From contig NMRA01000055.1 in assembly GCA_002633005.1 (NCBI GenBank), positions 1,102,362-1,160,832 of the forward strand: a stretch of DNA of 58,471 nt. The letters run 5' to 3'. Made by a program: the position numbers and the translations under genes. Source of the DNA: Phoronis australis (lineage: Eukaryota; Animalia; Phoronida). Positions 13,901 through 24,708 of this stretch are shown here, piece after piece (within the stretch, counting starts at the first letter, position 1; each line of letters starts with the position of its first letter). Under the pieces are notes generated by a model. The model saw only the letters and a list, made by a program, of their open reading frames with translations, was not told the DNA's origin and searched no databases.

Positions 13901-14655
13901 TTTTGTCAATGCGTTATGTCAACATTCTTGTTGTATTTCACGGTCTATCGAAATCAGTGTTATTTTAAATATTCTGAGCAATTGGAAACGACACTCTATT
14001 CATACAGCGACTAACCCTCTGGCGATCAATCAACAAAAAACTATACTTGTTTTTTAATATGTGTAGTAGAATTGAATATTATCTGCGTTATATTTTTCCC
14101 ACGGTATTATAGTTCAATAAGTGTGTTATTTTTAATGCTGCTAACGCTTTTTTACCCTCCCCCTGGACGTCTCTTTAAGGTTGGTGAGTTTAAAACACCA
14201 ATGGAGGGTTTTATTAACCCTTTAGTCAGGCGCAACGAACACTGTTAGTGTATTTTTACTGACAAGCCCTCAAAGGCGCAGTTCATTCAAAATATTTTGA
14301 TAATATTTTTGCAAACTGTTTCCCTTGTTATATACCCGAAGAAGTTATTCTCTAAGTCTCAATACTCCCAAGGGCCATGCACAATCTGAATTTTGAAGAA
14401 TGCTAGATCACGAGTGACGATACTAGCGATCCAAGTTTTGTGCTTGGCGTTTTCAATTATCAATAATGTTCAAATCTGCTCTAGGGATCAAGCCGTTGTT
14501 GCTGTTATTCCCAAAATAAAATTCTTCTATCACAATTTAACAAATAATACAAAACGAAACATTTTACATTGGGAATTAGATGCGAATGCGTGATAGCGAT
14601 AACCATCGGTAAAATTGCATCGTTGGTCAAACAGATGAACGTCAAGAGCGTAAAT

Positions 14656-15493
14656 TACGTTCGTAAATTAGGCCGTAAATAATTCCCGCCGTAAATAATC
14701 AATTTGCGCCCTTAACAAAGTATTTACCCCGCAATGAATTAGTTTACACCATTAAAAGTTAATTTAAGCCGAAAAATAATTAATTGTCGCTCCAAATAAT
14801 TAATTTATGTCACTAACAAGAATTAGTTCACTCCGTTAAAAGTTTATTTGAGTTGCAAACAATTAATTTTTGCCTTCAAAAGCTAAATTACGCCAGAGAA
14901 TAATTAATTTACACCCCAAATATTTAATATACGTCACAAACAAGAATTAATTTACGCCGTTAAAAGTTAATTTGCTCCGCAAACAATTAATTTACGTCGT
15001 TAATAAATTATTTACGTCGTGAAGAATTAATGTACGCCCCTAATGATTAATTGGTGTCGCAAAAAATAATTTACGCCTTTAAAAATCAATTTACCCGCAA
15101 TGAATTAATTTACGCCGTTAAAAATTAATTTAAGCCGCAAAATAATTAATTTTCGCAACAAATAATTAGTTTAGGCCACTCATAAGAATTAGTTTACGTC
15201 GTTAAAAGTTTATTTTCTCAGCAAACAATTAATTTGCGCCTATACAAGATAAATTACGCCACAAAATAATTAATTTTCTCCGCAATTACTTAATGTACGT
15301 CACAATTAAGAATTAATTTTTGCCACTAACAAGAATTAATTTACGCCGTTAAAAGTTCATTTGCTCCTCAAATAATCAATTTACGCCGTAAACAATAAAT
15401 GAAGCCCTTTAAGGTTAATTGGTGCCAAAAATAATTAATTTACGTCGTTAATGATTAATTTACACCGCTAACAAGAATTAATTTGCACCCGTA
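14656..15493. repeat. AT-rich minisatellite (~21-bp unit, ~40 copies), possibly the interior of a TA-flanked MITE
   Basis: Consensus aattaatttacgccgttaaa repeated throughout. The ends tacgttcgtaaatta / taatttgcacccgta are weak inverted repeats. Confidence 0.85.
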
Positions 15494-15984
15494 CTTTACC
15501 TGCATAGCGTTCAACGATACAATTGTGACCTACTTTTTGAACATTTCCCAGCTTGAATCACCTGCGGTCGTAACACGCCAGCACAGTTTTTGGAGGTTCA
15601 TACAATTTGGCTGCATCATTAAAACTTTATGCATAAAAACACCTTCTTCTAAAGTTCGAAATTGTGATTCCGTTATATCACTTCACATTTGATTTCACCA
15701 CGCCGTCGGTAATTCAACATGCACGTTAAGTCCGTTCTATTTTCACGCAATTCGTATGGACATGTCGTGTTTAAATAGTCCAGATAAAATTGATAAATCG
15801 GGATCAAGACTACAGTGGCCATTGGAGAATGAACAGTTTAGTGCTTCTGGTCGGTTGGACGATCGATCGATCGTCGTCTCATTTCTCACCATTTGGACAA
15901 AAATTTGTGTTCTGTATTGTACTTTAAATTCGGTGACTGTGTATACGACAGGCGAACGGAAGTCAGGGGCCACCGTAGGCAACG

Positions 15985-16330
15985 GAAAGCACACACTTTA
16001 TTTCAAATAAAATATCCCGTTTTGTAAATAGGATGTAATGTAATTCAAATTCAAGCCAATTCAAATAAAAATCAGTCCTATTTTGAAAATTCAATCCAAC
16101 AGTATAAAGTAAACCAGGTTTTACAAATTCAACGCTATTTTAGAAATTTAATGCATTTTTTGAAATTCAGTCATACTGCATAAAGTCGATCCTATGTTGA
16201 TTATTCTAATCGTATTTTTTAAATTCAAACCCATTGTACAAATTCAATTATATTTCATAAATTCAATCGTTACTCGCAGAATCAGTTATTCTCAAACAGA
16301 GCCTATTTTGGGAATTCAATACTGTCGGCG
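15985..16330. repeat. Degenerate ~21-bp aaattcaa-core tandem array; a related short copy lies on - at ~41870-41948
   Basis: Periodic ttt.g.aaattcaa motifs. The revcomp of 41870-41948 (tatggaaaggtccgtattttcaattcaaaacattttccagttttgaaaaaattcaatcc) resembles the start of this array. Confidence 0.55.
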
Positions 16331-18510
16331 ATAAACGAAACTATATCACAAAGATCGTGTACTGGAATTTCAGTAGGTGGGAGAATGAAAGTATTTTTTT
16401 CAGCAACGTCGCCTACATTTGCGGTAAGAGAAGCTAGAGCGAGTCACTTTTTCATTCATACTTCCATGAGTTGTGAGCAAAGTGCAAGGATTTTATAATG
16501 ATACTAAAGAAGTGTTTAATTCGCGGAGCCAAAACTCGCTCTGTTCATATGTTGTGGCTTAAAATAACTGTCACGTGACTCAACTCAATGCGTGACGTCG
16601 AAGATGGTTGAGCATCTCTCCATGGAGAGTTGAGTTCACGGTTTCCTACTACTGTTTTCATGTAACATGAGTCTTGAAGATCAGTTATATAGAGAAAAAT
16701 AGTCTGCGGCTTTTGTCTATGCCGGTATTTTTTCATCCTTACGCCTGAATAAAACTTGCTACTTGTCATTAATCAATCACATTTTACTACAATAAGAATG
16801 AAATATATGGAAGTAGTCCTTTCTCATTTGTATGTAAGTACTTTCAAAGCTGCCTCAATGATACATGTATGCACTATAAACAGTACTGGAGTTAAATGTT
16901 CCAAAACTGGGTTTGATACCGAAGTAAATGTTATGACAAACATACAACAAGGGCATATGTAACCATTTATTTTAACACACATGTATATGTACAAAGTAGA
17001 GAATGTCGAACAAACGCTTGCAATATCAATCTGCGATGTGCGCCAACAGACGGTCTCATGCCGAGTACAAGTTGCGCAACCTACTGACTTTCTTCCATCG
17101 TAGCAAAAACAATATTGTTTTTAGTTGAAACAGTATCGTTGTTATCACTTCGCCATGGGCGTGCTGCCACGGCCCGCCCTGACGCTCTTTTATGTTGCTG
17201 AAAGAACAAGAAGTGAAAGTGCCGTCCGTAGGGCTAGAAAATCAACCAGAGTTGTTTTTATTCAGACTCTTACGAGAGCTGATAATACTTTTGTAAGCTA
17301 AGTGAAATTTTTTAAAATTTTTTTGCAATTCGTTTTTGCTGCTACAACAGCGTTACCCTTACCCCGTGACATCATAGTCACGGTATCCGGAGCCTTGTTT
17401 CACTAAATTCCTTAAACGAAGTATCTACTGTTCGCGGCCGTAAGGAAAGATAGAGTTGCATGAAAAGATTGATTTGAGTGGTTGGATCACCGTGTCTTAA
17501 CTGCGCCTCTTTCTCATTTAGTACCTTTGGTACAAACATCACACCGTTATTCTCAATTTCCGAGAAGAGCAAATCGAAAGTACCTGACGGTTTATCTTAG
17601 CTGTCAATCAAATACGGGTTTATAAAGCAGGCCCTACGCGAATCACAGGTCAGGCTCTTGTCGCTTGTCGCGGAGCGAAGAAGCAATCGGTCCAACGTAG
17701 CAGAAAGCCCAAGAGTTAAATTATTGAATGTGGTGAGTATTTTTATGAATGGTTACCACTGCCTTGTTCATCAGAGGAAAGTGAATAGCTTTGAAAACAC
17801 GAAGGCGTTTATAACTTTTAAACGTCATTTAAAAGTTACAACTATTAGCATGGACATTAAAAACGTTGTTATTTCTCACTTCAAGGGTGTTGTAGCTAGA
17901 GCTTATAACCGTTTTAAACTCGGCGTAAACACGGAAATCTCAGTAGGTGTCGCTGCTGTTCAATCTCACTGGAAACAATGTGGCACGAAACAGTATTTTT
18001 GAACCAAGGTTGGACTTGGCTTCAATTGCATTTCATTTTGCTCCAAATAAAAATAGCCAGTTGTTCCTTCACTCACTCAGTCAGGGCGTCATCTTGCGAG
18101 CGACCAAAACGTCGCGGGCGCACAGTGAACAATTTGGACGCTTTTAAGAAGGCGCCCAAGCCTGATTTAATTTGGACGCCCAGTTTCATATCAATTACGA
18201 TTGTTAGACGCCCAATTTGTTCTTGTCAACCAGCGCCTACGTCCGTGAGTGAACGGCAAGAGCGGCGCGCTCTGACGGAGCGATTTTCATATTGAACGTT
18301 TACCAAGCGGGATGATAAGCCTACTGTATGGGCGTGGGTTATTCTGCTACAGCTACTTGCCGCGGAGTTATTTCACACCCTTTTGTGTGGGTGCAGGGAG
18401 TCTTAATTTTATTGGCTGATCACCAGTCGCTCAAAATAGATCATTTCAGAAATAAATTTACTGCTTGCGACGCTGGGCGGACTTAACCGGCAGCAATGTA
18501 AGAAATGTGA

Positions 18511-18685
18511 ACAAATCTTTGAATGGAAGTGCTTTTAACGACTCTTATTGGTTGTTGCTTGTGCATTTATCACTTAAACCAACACTATTGGTTAATTTTT
18601 GGTACAAATCTTTGAATAGAAATGCTTTTGACGACTCTTATTGGTTGTTGCTTGTGCATTCATCGCTAACACTATTGGTTAGTTG
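18511..18685. repeat. Two-copy tandem duplication (~94 bp) containing several ATTGG (CCAAT) boxes
   Basis: aaatctttgaat.gaa.tgctttt.acgactcttattggttgttgcttgtgcatt occurs at ~18513 and ~18606. Confidence 0.85.
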
Positions 18686-19124
18686 TTGGTGTATTTCCCA
18701 TTAGCACCGGCCAATCGAAATTGAGTTCATCTTAACACCTTGGAGTTTCGTTGGCTGATCCAATATTTATGGGTACCCTATGTGAAAACTGTCACGCCGT
18801 TCACAACTCTGTCAACGGCAGGAAGCGACGCTCGAGTTTCGGGGGGGGGGAGTAATTCCGCCATTTTGAACACCCAGTGTCGTCTGCGCTAACCCGACCC
18901 AGTCGTTCAATAACTCTTTACACTTGCGATGTGGTGCAAACCGGTCCGAAGGGGACTAGACTTCTCGGGGGATATACCTGAAATGCGTTGAGCTGTCACA
19001 AACATGCAATATAAACTCAAGGTTTAAATTGATTATTTTCATATTGCACGATTCTTCGTCTTTATTACTAAAATTTGCAATTTTCAGCGCATCATTTGTC
19101 GTGTCATATTTGTCGGCATGTGAG

Positions 19125-19273
19125 TTGTTTGAGACTTGACATTGACAGGTTCCTTTTAAGGAATAAAAGACGCTGACGACGACGGGAAGAACGAGGTTAT
19201 GTTACATTTTTAAATCAAAATACGCCACATGTCATACGTCGTCAGCTCTCTAAGTTTCGAAGTGTAAAAAGCG
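19125..19273 (+). repeat. Interspersed repeat, copy 1 (copy 2 at ~40601-40753)
   Basis: Both copies share ttgtttgagacttgaca ... aaaatacg.cacatgtcatac.tcgtcagctctctaa ... aagtgtaaaaagcga. Confidence 0.8.
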
Positions 19274-20533
19274 ACAGAAAATCCAGGGATGTTGTTTGCA
19301 ATATGATGACATCAGCCTACGCACATGATTTTAGTATCGTTCGATTCCTTCCGTCGTTATCATTTATACCCCGTTTCCTTACTAGTTTTTCATCGACAAA
19401 TTTCTGCTCGCATTATTTTCTTAGTGGGTCTACCCAGAATTAGATGATTCAGAATTATTATATATAAACCTTAAGAGCTCGATATTTTATGTTTTTCTTT
19501 TTGCTCTTCTGTAAATAACATAGGTGCCATACAATGATTAAAATATGAAATCGTTGACCCTTAGTATATTGTTGCTGTTTTCAGGTTTTGCACATCCTGT
19601 GGAGCAGAGTGTTTGCAGGTGACAAGACTTGGTTTTCATGTCCAAAATCAGCTACAATTGTTGAGTACCACCTAACTGGCAAATCGGTAAGCGAGAATAG
19701 CACTGACGACTAGCAACTAAATTCTTCAACTGAACAGTTTTTACTGTTGGGGAGAATGGTAAAGATAACATATGAGTTACAACTAAAGGAAAAGTTACAA
19801 CCAGGCTTGGTTGGTCTGGTAACAGCTAAAAAAAAACGATTATATTACATGAACACCATCTTCATTTAGTGTAAACTGGAGACTACATCACCTGCACTGA
19901 ATGAAAAAGCTGGCAATGGTGCAGAGCTAAATTTAGAGGCAAGTATACACTCGATGGGAGTGCGAATGGGCCTTTGGGCAATTTTAAACATTGCATAACA
20001 CATTTGACAAGTAGTACTGATAATGTAACACAAAAACGCTTATTACTTCTAGTTATAACACATTTCGATCTGGTTTTCTCAATATATTTCGTATTCACAT
20101 TTTCTTCAATTTGAATAAAGTACTGTACTAGAAGCAAGTTCAATCGTGGACAGCTTACAGCCAGTTATCAGTAAACTGTATTGTCTGCTTTCATTGTTAT
20201 ATTACAAGTTGATATGTGCTGAGAACTGACATTGTCAAATGTATTCTGCTTCGAAGAAAATAAAAGTTGCGAGTCTCTCTGGGTTGACCACGTTCATCAC
20301 TCGTATAAAATTCTGTGCTCAAAATTATACGATGGGTTTCGAGTGCATACTTTTTCTTATATTTTCAGTGTCTCAGTTTGTTGTGACCCAATCTTTGTTT
20401 ATGCTTAAATCGTTAGGCCCCGAAGTTCATCGCTGACAAGAGAGACTTTCTAAATGTTAAGAATACAAATTATTGCCACTGCATGCTTACAGGCAAACGC
20501 GAGGAGATCCCGAAGCCACTGTGCCGAGCCAAA

Positions 20534-20614
20534 ATGGCCGAAATAACAAGGGCTGCGGTTGGAAGATTGGGGAAAATTGGCGACCTCTATGATGCCGTGA
20601 CGGACAATTTTGTT
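20534..20614 (+). CDS. Coding exon 1 of the stonustoxin-like MACPF-GTPase gene (MAEITRAAVGRLGKIGDLYDAVTDNFV)
   Basis: Good Kozak context aaaATGG and canonical donor GTT|GTAAGT at 20615. The peptide matches the stonustoxin-family N-terminal motif (A(A/L)GR..LG.LYD..D). Phase 0 joins in frame to the acceptor at 24708. Confidence 0.85.
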
Positions 20615-21639
20615 GTAAGTATCTCAGGCTTTCTGCCAATGGCCTCCTACAGTCATACCCAGACGCCATCTACCGGCACCAAACATCAGCAACATTTTTT
20701 GATCTCAGACGTAATTGACTGGCTTACCTGGACTATACCTCAGATCTACAAAGTAGACCCGAAAACGAGCTCTAACTTATTTTCAATTAAACAATTTATT
20801 TCTGTAATAAAGGCCATAGGCCTACTGTACAAAAGAACAACATGTAACATACTTAAGAGTGCAGGAAGCTATCACGAAGTCGAAAAGCATAAAACAATAT
20901 TTACATAGGTTAACTAATTCAGTACCATCACTTGTTGATATTAATCTATGGAACTTGAAACAAGACGGAAAATTCCAGTAATACTCTTCAATGTAATTTT
21001 CTCTCAATTCGGAATATTTATCACCGCTTAGAAGGAAATTTCTTCTTCAATAACATTGGGGCAGAAAGGACACACTCTGATTGCCCTATCATGAGACTGT
21101 GGGGTAGAAACGAAAACGTGCCATGGACATAATTTGTGCTCAGGGTATATACAAAATTATTTTTCCAATTTAAAGTCCTTTTTAAAGTGATTATGGACAC
21201 ACAGTTTAGGACTATTCTCAACACTTTGTCTCCATCCTTGCAAATTATAATCCCTTATTCGCTGTATAAAGATGACAATACCTTGATTTAATCAAACTTT
21301 CTGGAATCCATAATATGAGAAAATAAGTATAAATTAAGTGGCCCAATTTCAGGAGTGCTGACCATTAAAGCCATACAAATTGTCGTAAGCTGCCCGTGAG
21401 GTTAGATTAGGAGACATTTTGAACCAATACTTGATCACGGCAACATAGTACATAGTAAACACATGTAGCGGCAACCGGCCACATTCGCTCAGTACAGCTA
21501 CGTTTTTGAGCATGAATTAGCTGCACCCAACAAACACTTCAATATGCACTTTTTCTGGCCAGTTGTATTCTTGTAAGCCCAAAAAAACGGCTCCACAGCA
21601 CGAAGTAGGGTAAACGTGGACAAGCTTCTTTGTCAACTG

Positions 21640-21960
21640 TAATTGCGACCTTTATAAGCTTAGGCTGATGGAGTTTGAGTAGCCACAATCCACAATAACT
21701 TGGCTTAAACGCAACACCAAGATACTTGTAACTGTAAACAACTACGAGTTTTTCAACTTCAAAACACCACTTTCTCACAATTTCTCAGGAGACCTCCGTT
21801 TCTAAACACCATGACTTTCGTCTTTACTAAATTTGCGGACATGCCCTATTCCTGAAAACTAATCTAAAACACAAAGTAGTTTTTGAAGTTCAACTGGAGA
21901 GTAAGCACACATGGACATATCACCGGCAATCAACAATACATTCAGATCAGAGACATTTTG
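21640..21960 (-). pseudogene. Old LINE reverse-transcriptase fragment (intronic)
   Basis: Revcomp reads LNVLLIAGD (YADD-like) ... GMSANLVKTKVMVFRNGG ... VVYSYKYLGV, with stops and frameshifts. Confidence 0.7.
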
Positions 21961-22515
21961 AATTTAAAAAATACTATCGTCATAACATAATCTAGAATGA
22001 ATACATTCTACAAAATCATTCAAATACAATGTAGAAAATAAGATTAATTTAACACTCAACCTTGCCTAGAGCCAATACTGCAATAAAAATCAGTTATACC
22101 ATTCTGCGTTCTCACACACATTGGCGAAGTGGGCAAAAAGGTCCGCGTCAGAGAACTAGAAACTCCGAAAAAAGTAAAAAAACGAGACAAAAATTAACTA
22201 AAAAGACAGGAACTACTAAAATTCGGCAAATGCACAATTCATAGCCCTGAACGTAACCCGTGAATCTTAGTAAAATTTCGACATTATAAAAAACTCGAGA
22301 CCCTCATTTCTTAGGCTGGAGGCGTGCATATGATTTGACAACTTTTTCTTGAAGGTAGCGTTTTGTTGTGAACATGGCAGACTCTCGTTGTGTGGCGTCA
22401 TGCGGTGCTGTCTTTGTTCGTCTTTGTGTGTTTGAGTATTATTTTCATGGTGAGCCTGAATGTTGATCACACAACTCGGCACGGTTTTGAACGCTGCCTT
22501 GGGTGTGTACCTCTG

Positions 22516-22947
22516 TGCCCGGTTGAATGAAACAGTCCCAAATAGGAACTCAACTTGGTTCCCTAAATCTTCAGCGAATTCGTGGACTTTTTGAAAACAC
22601 CCATTGTCTTCTCTTTTCTGTTCTAGTTTCGTTACTAAATCAGCTTTTGGTTTTAATACAAATCGAGAGTGAATTCGACGTTAAATTCTCAATGTTATCG
22701 AAGATCTATACGGATCTTTTCACTAAAACGCTACTGAATTTGGGACTAAGTCCCTATTTATTTTCATTGAATTCGGGGCTCAGCTTTTAATTTTATTATT
22801 AGAAAATGTCATAAGTCAAAGAGGAGCTCATAGTGAAGATATAATGGTAGGAAAATATCACATTTGTGCTTAAACAGTGACAAAAATAGGCAAAAGAATT
22901 AGGGAAATTAGTTGAGTCCTTTTGGGACTGTTTCATGCAATCCGGCA
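22516..22947. mobile_element. MITE, PIF/Harbinger-like
   Basis: ~40-bp imperfect TIR tgcccggttgaatgaaacagtcccaaataggaactcaact / agttgagtccttttgggactgtttcatgcaatccggca with 3-bp CTG TSD (22513-22515, 22948-22950). Confidence 0.75.
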
Positions 22948-23078
22948 CTGGTCTGTGAAGACGTAGGCCTACTTTACCGAGTGACTTTGATAAGCTGTTA
23001 CAAATTTCTCAAGACATTTTCGAGAGATAAGGAACGCAAGAAATAAGACTTAATAATTGACAGATGTACCAATAAGTC

Positions 23079-24130
23079 TGTCAGACGATTGACGGTGGGT
23101 TTGTTTAAAAGGTAGCTATGCTTTGAGACTGTGCGTAGATGGAAAGTGAATGATCAAATCCAGTAATTAATTTATTATATGATAACCCCTAATTAGACAA
23201 ATGAAAACTATTGTTAATTAAGTAATCAACTACAAAGAGTAACTACGCTAGCGCCCTCTTTAAAGATTACTTTAATCAAATAACCAAAACAATCAAATGT
23301 CTTATCTGCTATCCAAGCTAGGACTCTTCACTTGTTGGATGTCTGTCCTGTTGGTGAATCTTCGAACTACGCACACTGTATAGCGACAGTGTACTTGCTG
23401 GTCACCTTCTCTGGTGATGCAACACTTGCAGGCAATTTCTTCTACCCGCGACTCTTCTTGCTGGTCATAGTCTCTGGCTGATGACGCAACACTTCAGCCT
23501 CCCGTTCAGTAACGCTAGGACCTCGCTAAAAAGCAAGACTTCGCGAGATTACAAGAGATATTACCGTGCATTTTAAATAAGAACACGTGACTTTGACTAC
23601 GTTTTAGCTAGGTCCTAGCGTAGGTCCTAGCGTCCACTGAACGCACGCCAGGTAGTATCTTACTACCCACAATGCAAGTGACAAGCTCTTAGTTAACTTC
23701 CTGTTCATTAACCCTTGCCCTTGCCAAGATCCTTTTTTAGAATCTTCCACGAGATGGCTCTGTCGTACAATTGCTTCTGTACACCGTAGCAAGTCTTCAT
23801 GCTTCAACTACTGTAGCGCATCTAATTATCTTGTTGATTTCAGGCCATGATATAACATTCTACTTATTTAGTGATTGGCTAATAAAAACCACATGATCAT
23901 ATCCACTCGTATTATTGGCTGTTACAATTTGTTCTCAGAATATTCTAGAATCTCTAGAGTACTTTGACCCCAGAACCCAAAGTTGTAAACACCATCTAAA
24001 AATAGATTTTGACGTTAAAATACATGTCAACAAGTCTGACCCCATGATTTAAAAGTACATATGCACAAATTTTGGGCAACTTAAAATGGATCTATTCTTA
24101 CTAATTACTTAATCAATATTTATTCTGACA
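23079..24130 (-). mobile_element. Solo LTR (~1052 bp) of an LTR retrotransposon
   Basis: TG...CA termini with a 7-bp inverted repeat TGTCAGA/TCTGACA and an exact 5-bp TSD AAGTC (23074-23078, 24131-24135). Non-coding. AATAAA on - near 23170 suggests the orientation (tentative). Confidence 0.75.
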
Positions 24131-24708
24131 AAGTCTATATTTTTGGTATAAGGATATTCTATTACAACTGAAAAAAATGAATATCAGTTACACGAACACT
24201 CAGCATTTCTTGTTACACACTTGTAGCGACAGCAAACGACAATGTAGTTGCTAACCTAGGGTCGGAGGCACTGAATCGGCGCAACTGTGCGTGGTTTTGC
24301 CTTTCACATCATAAATAGTTCCACAGCAACTCGAGTACGATCTTCAGATTCGAGCGCTTTTGGAGTCTACTCGAAATGCGACATGAAATACGCATTTTTG
24401 AGCATGACTCCGGTGAGCGTGATTTTGAGTATGAAGTCTCGAGTATGAGTATGAGTCTGAGTACGGAGACTGGAGACCGGGCCCAGCAGTTAAACCAGGT
24501 TTTACTAGACCATTGGTCTAAAAGTTAAACTACCTTTATGAAATGCAAACTATCTTTAAATTTGCCCTTAGTCCAGTTTAAACCAGGTTTAACTTAAAAC
24601 CAATTCTATGAAATCGGCTGTGTTTCAAAGACTAATCTCATACCATTATTGTGATCTTTCATGTACAAGATTTTGTTCGTTATTTATTGATATCATCAAT
24701 TCTTTTAG

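Noticed and set aside
20615-20908. Remainder of the 141-aa ORF 20483-20908
   Set aside because: Family similarity stops at a canonical GTAAGT donor; the rest is intron read-through.
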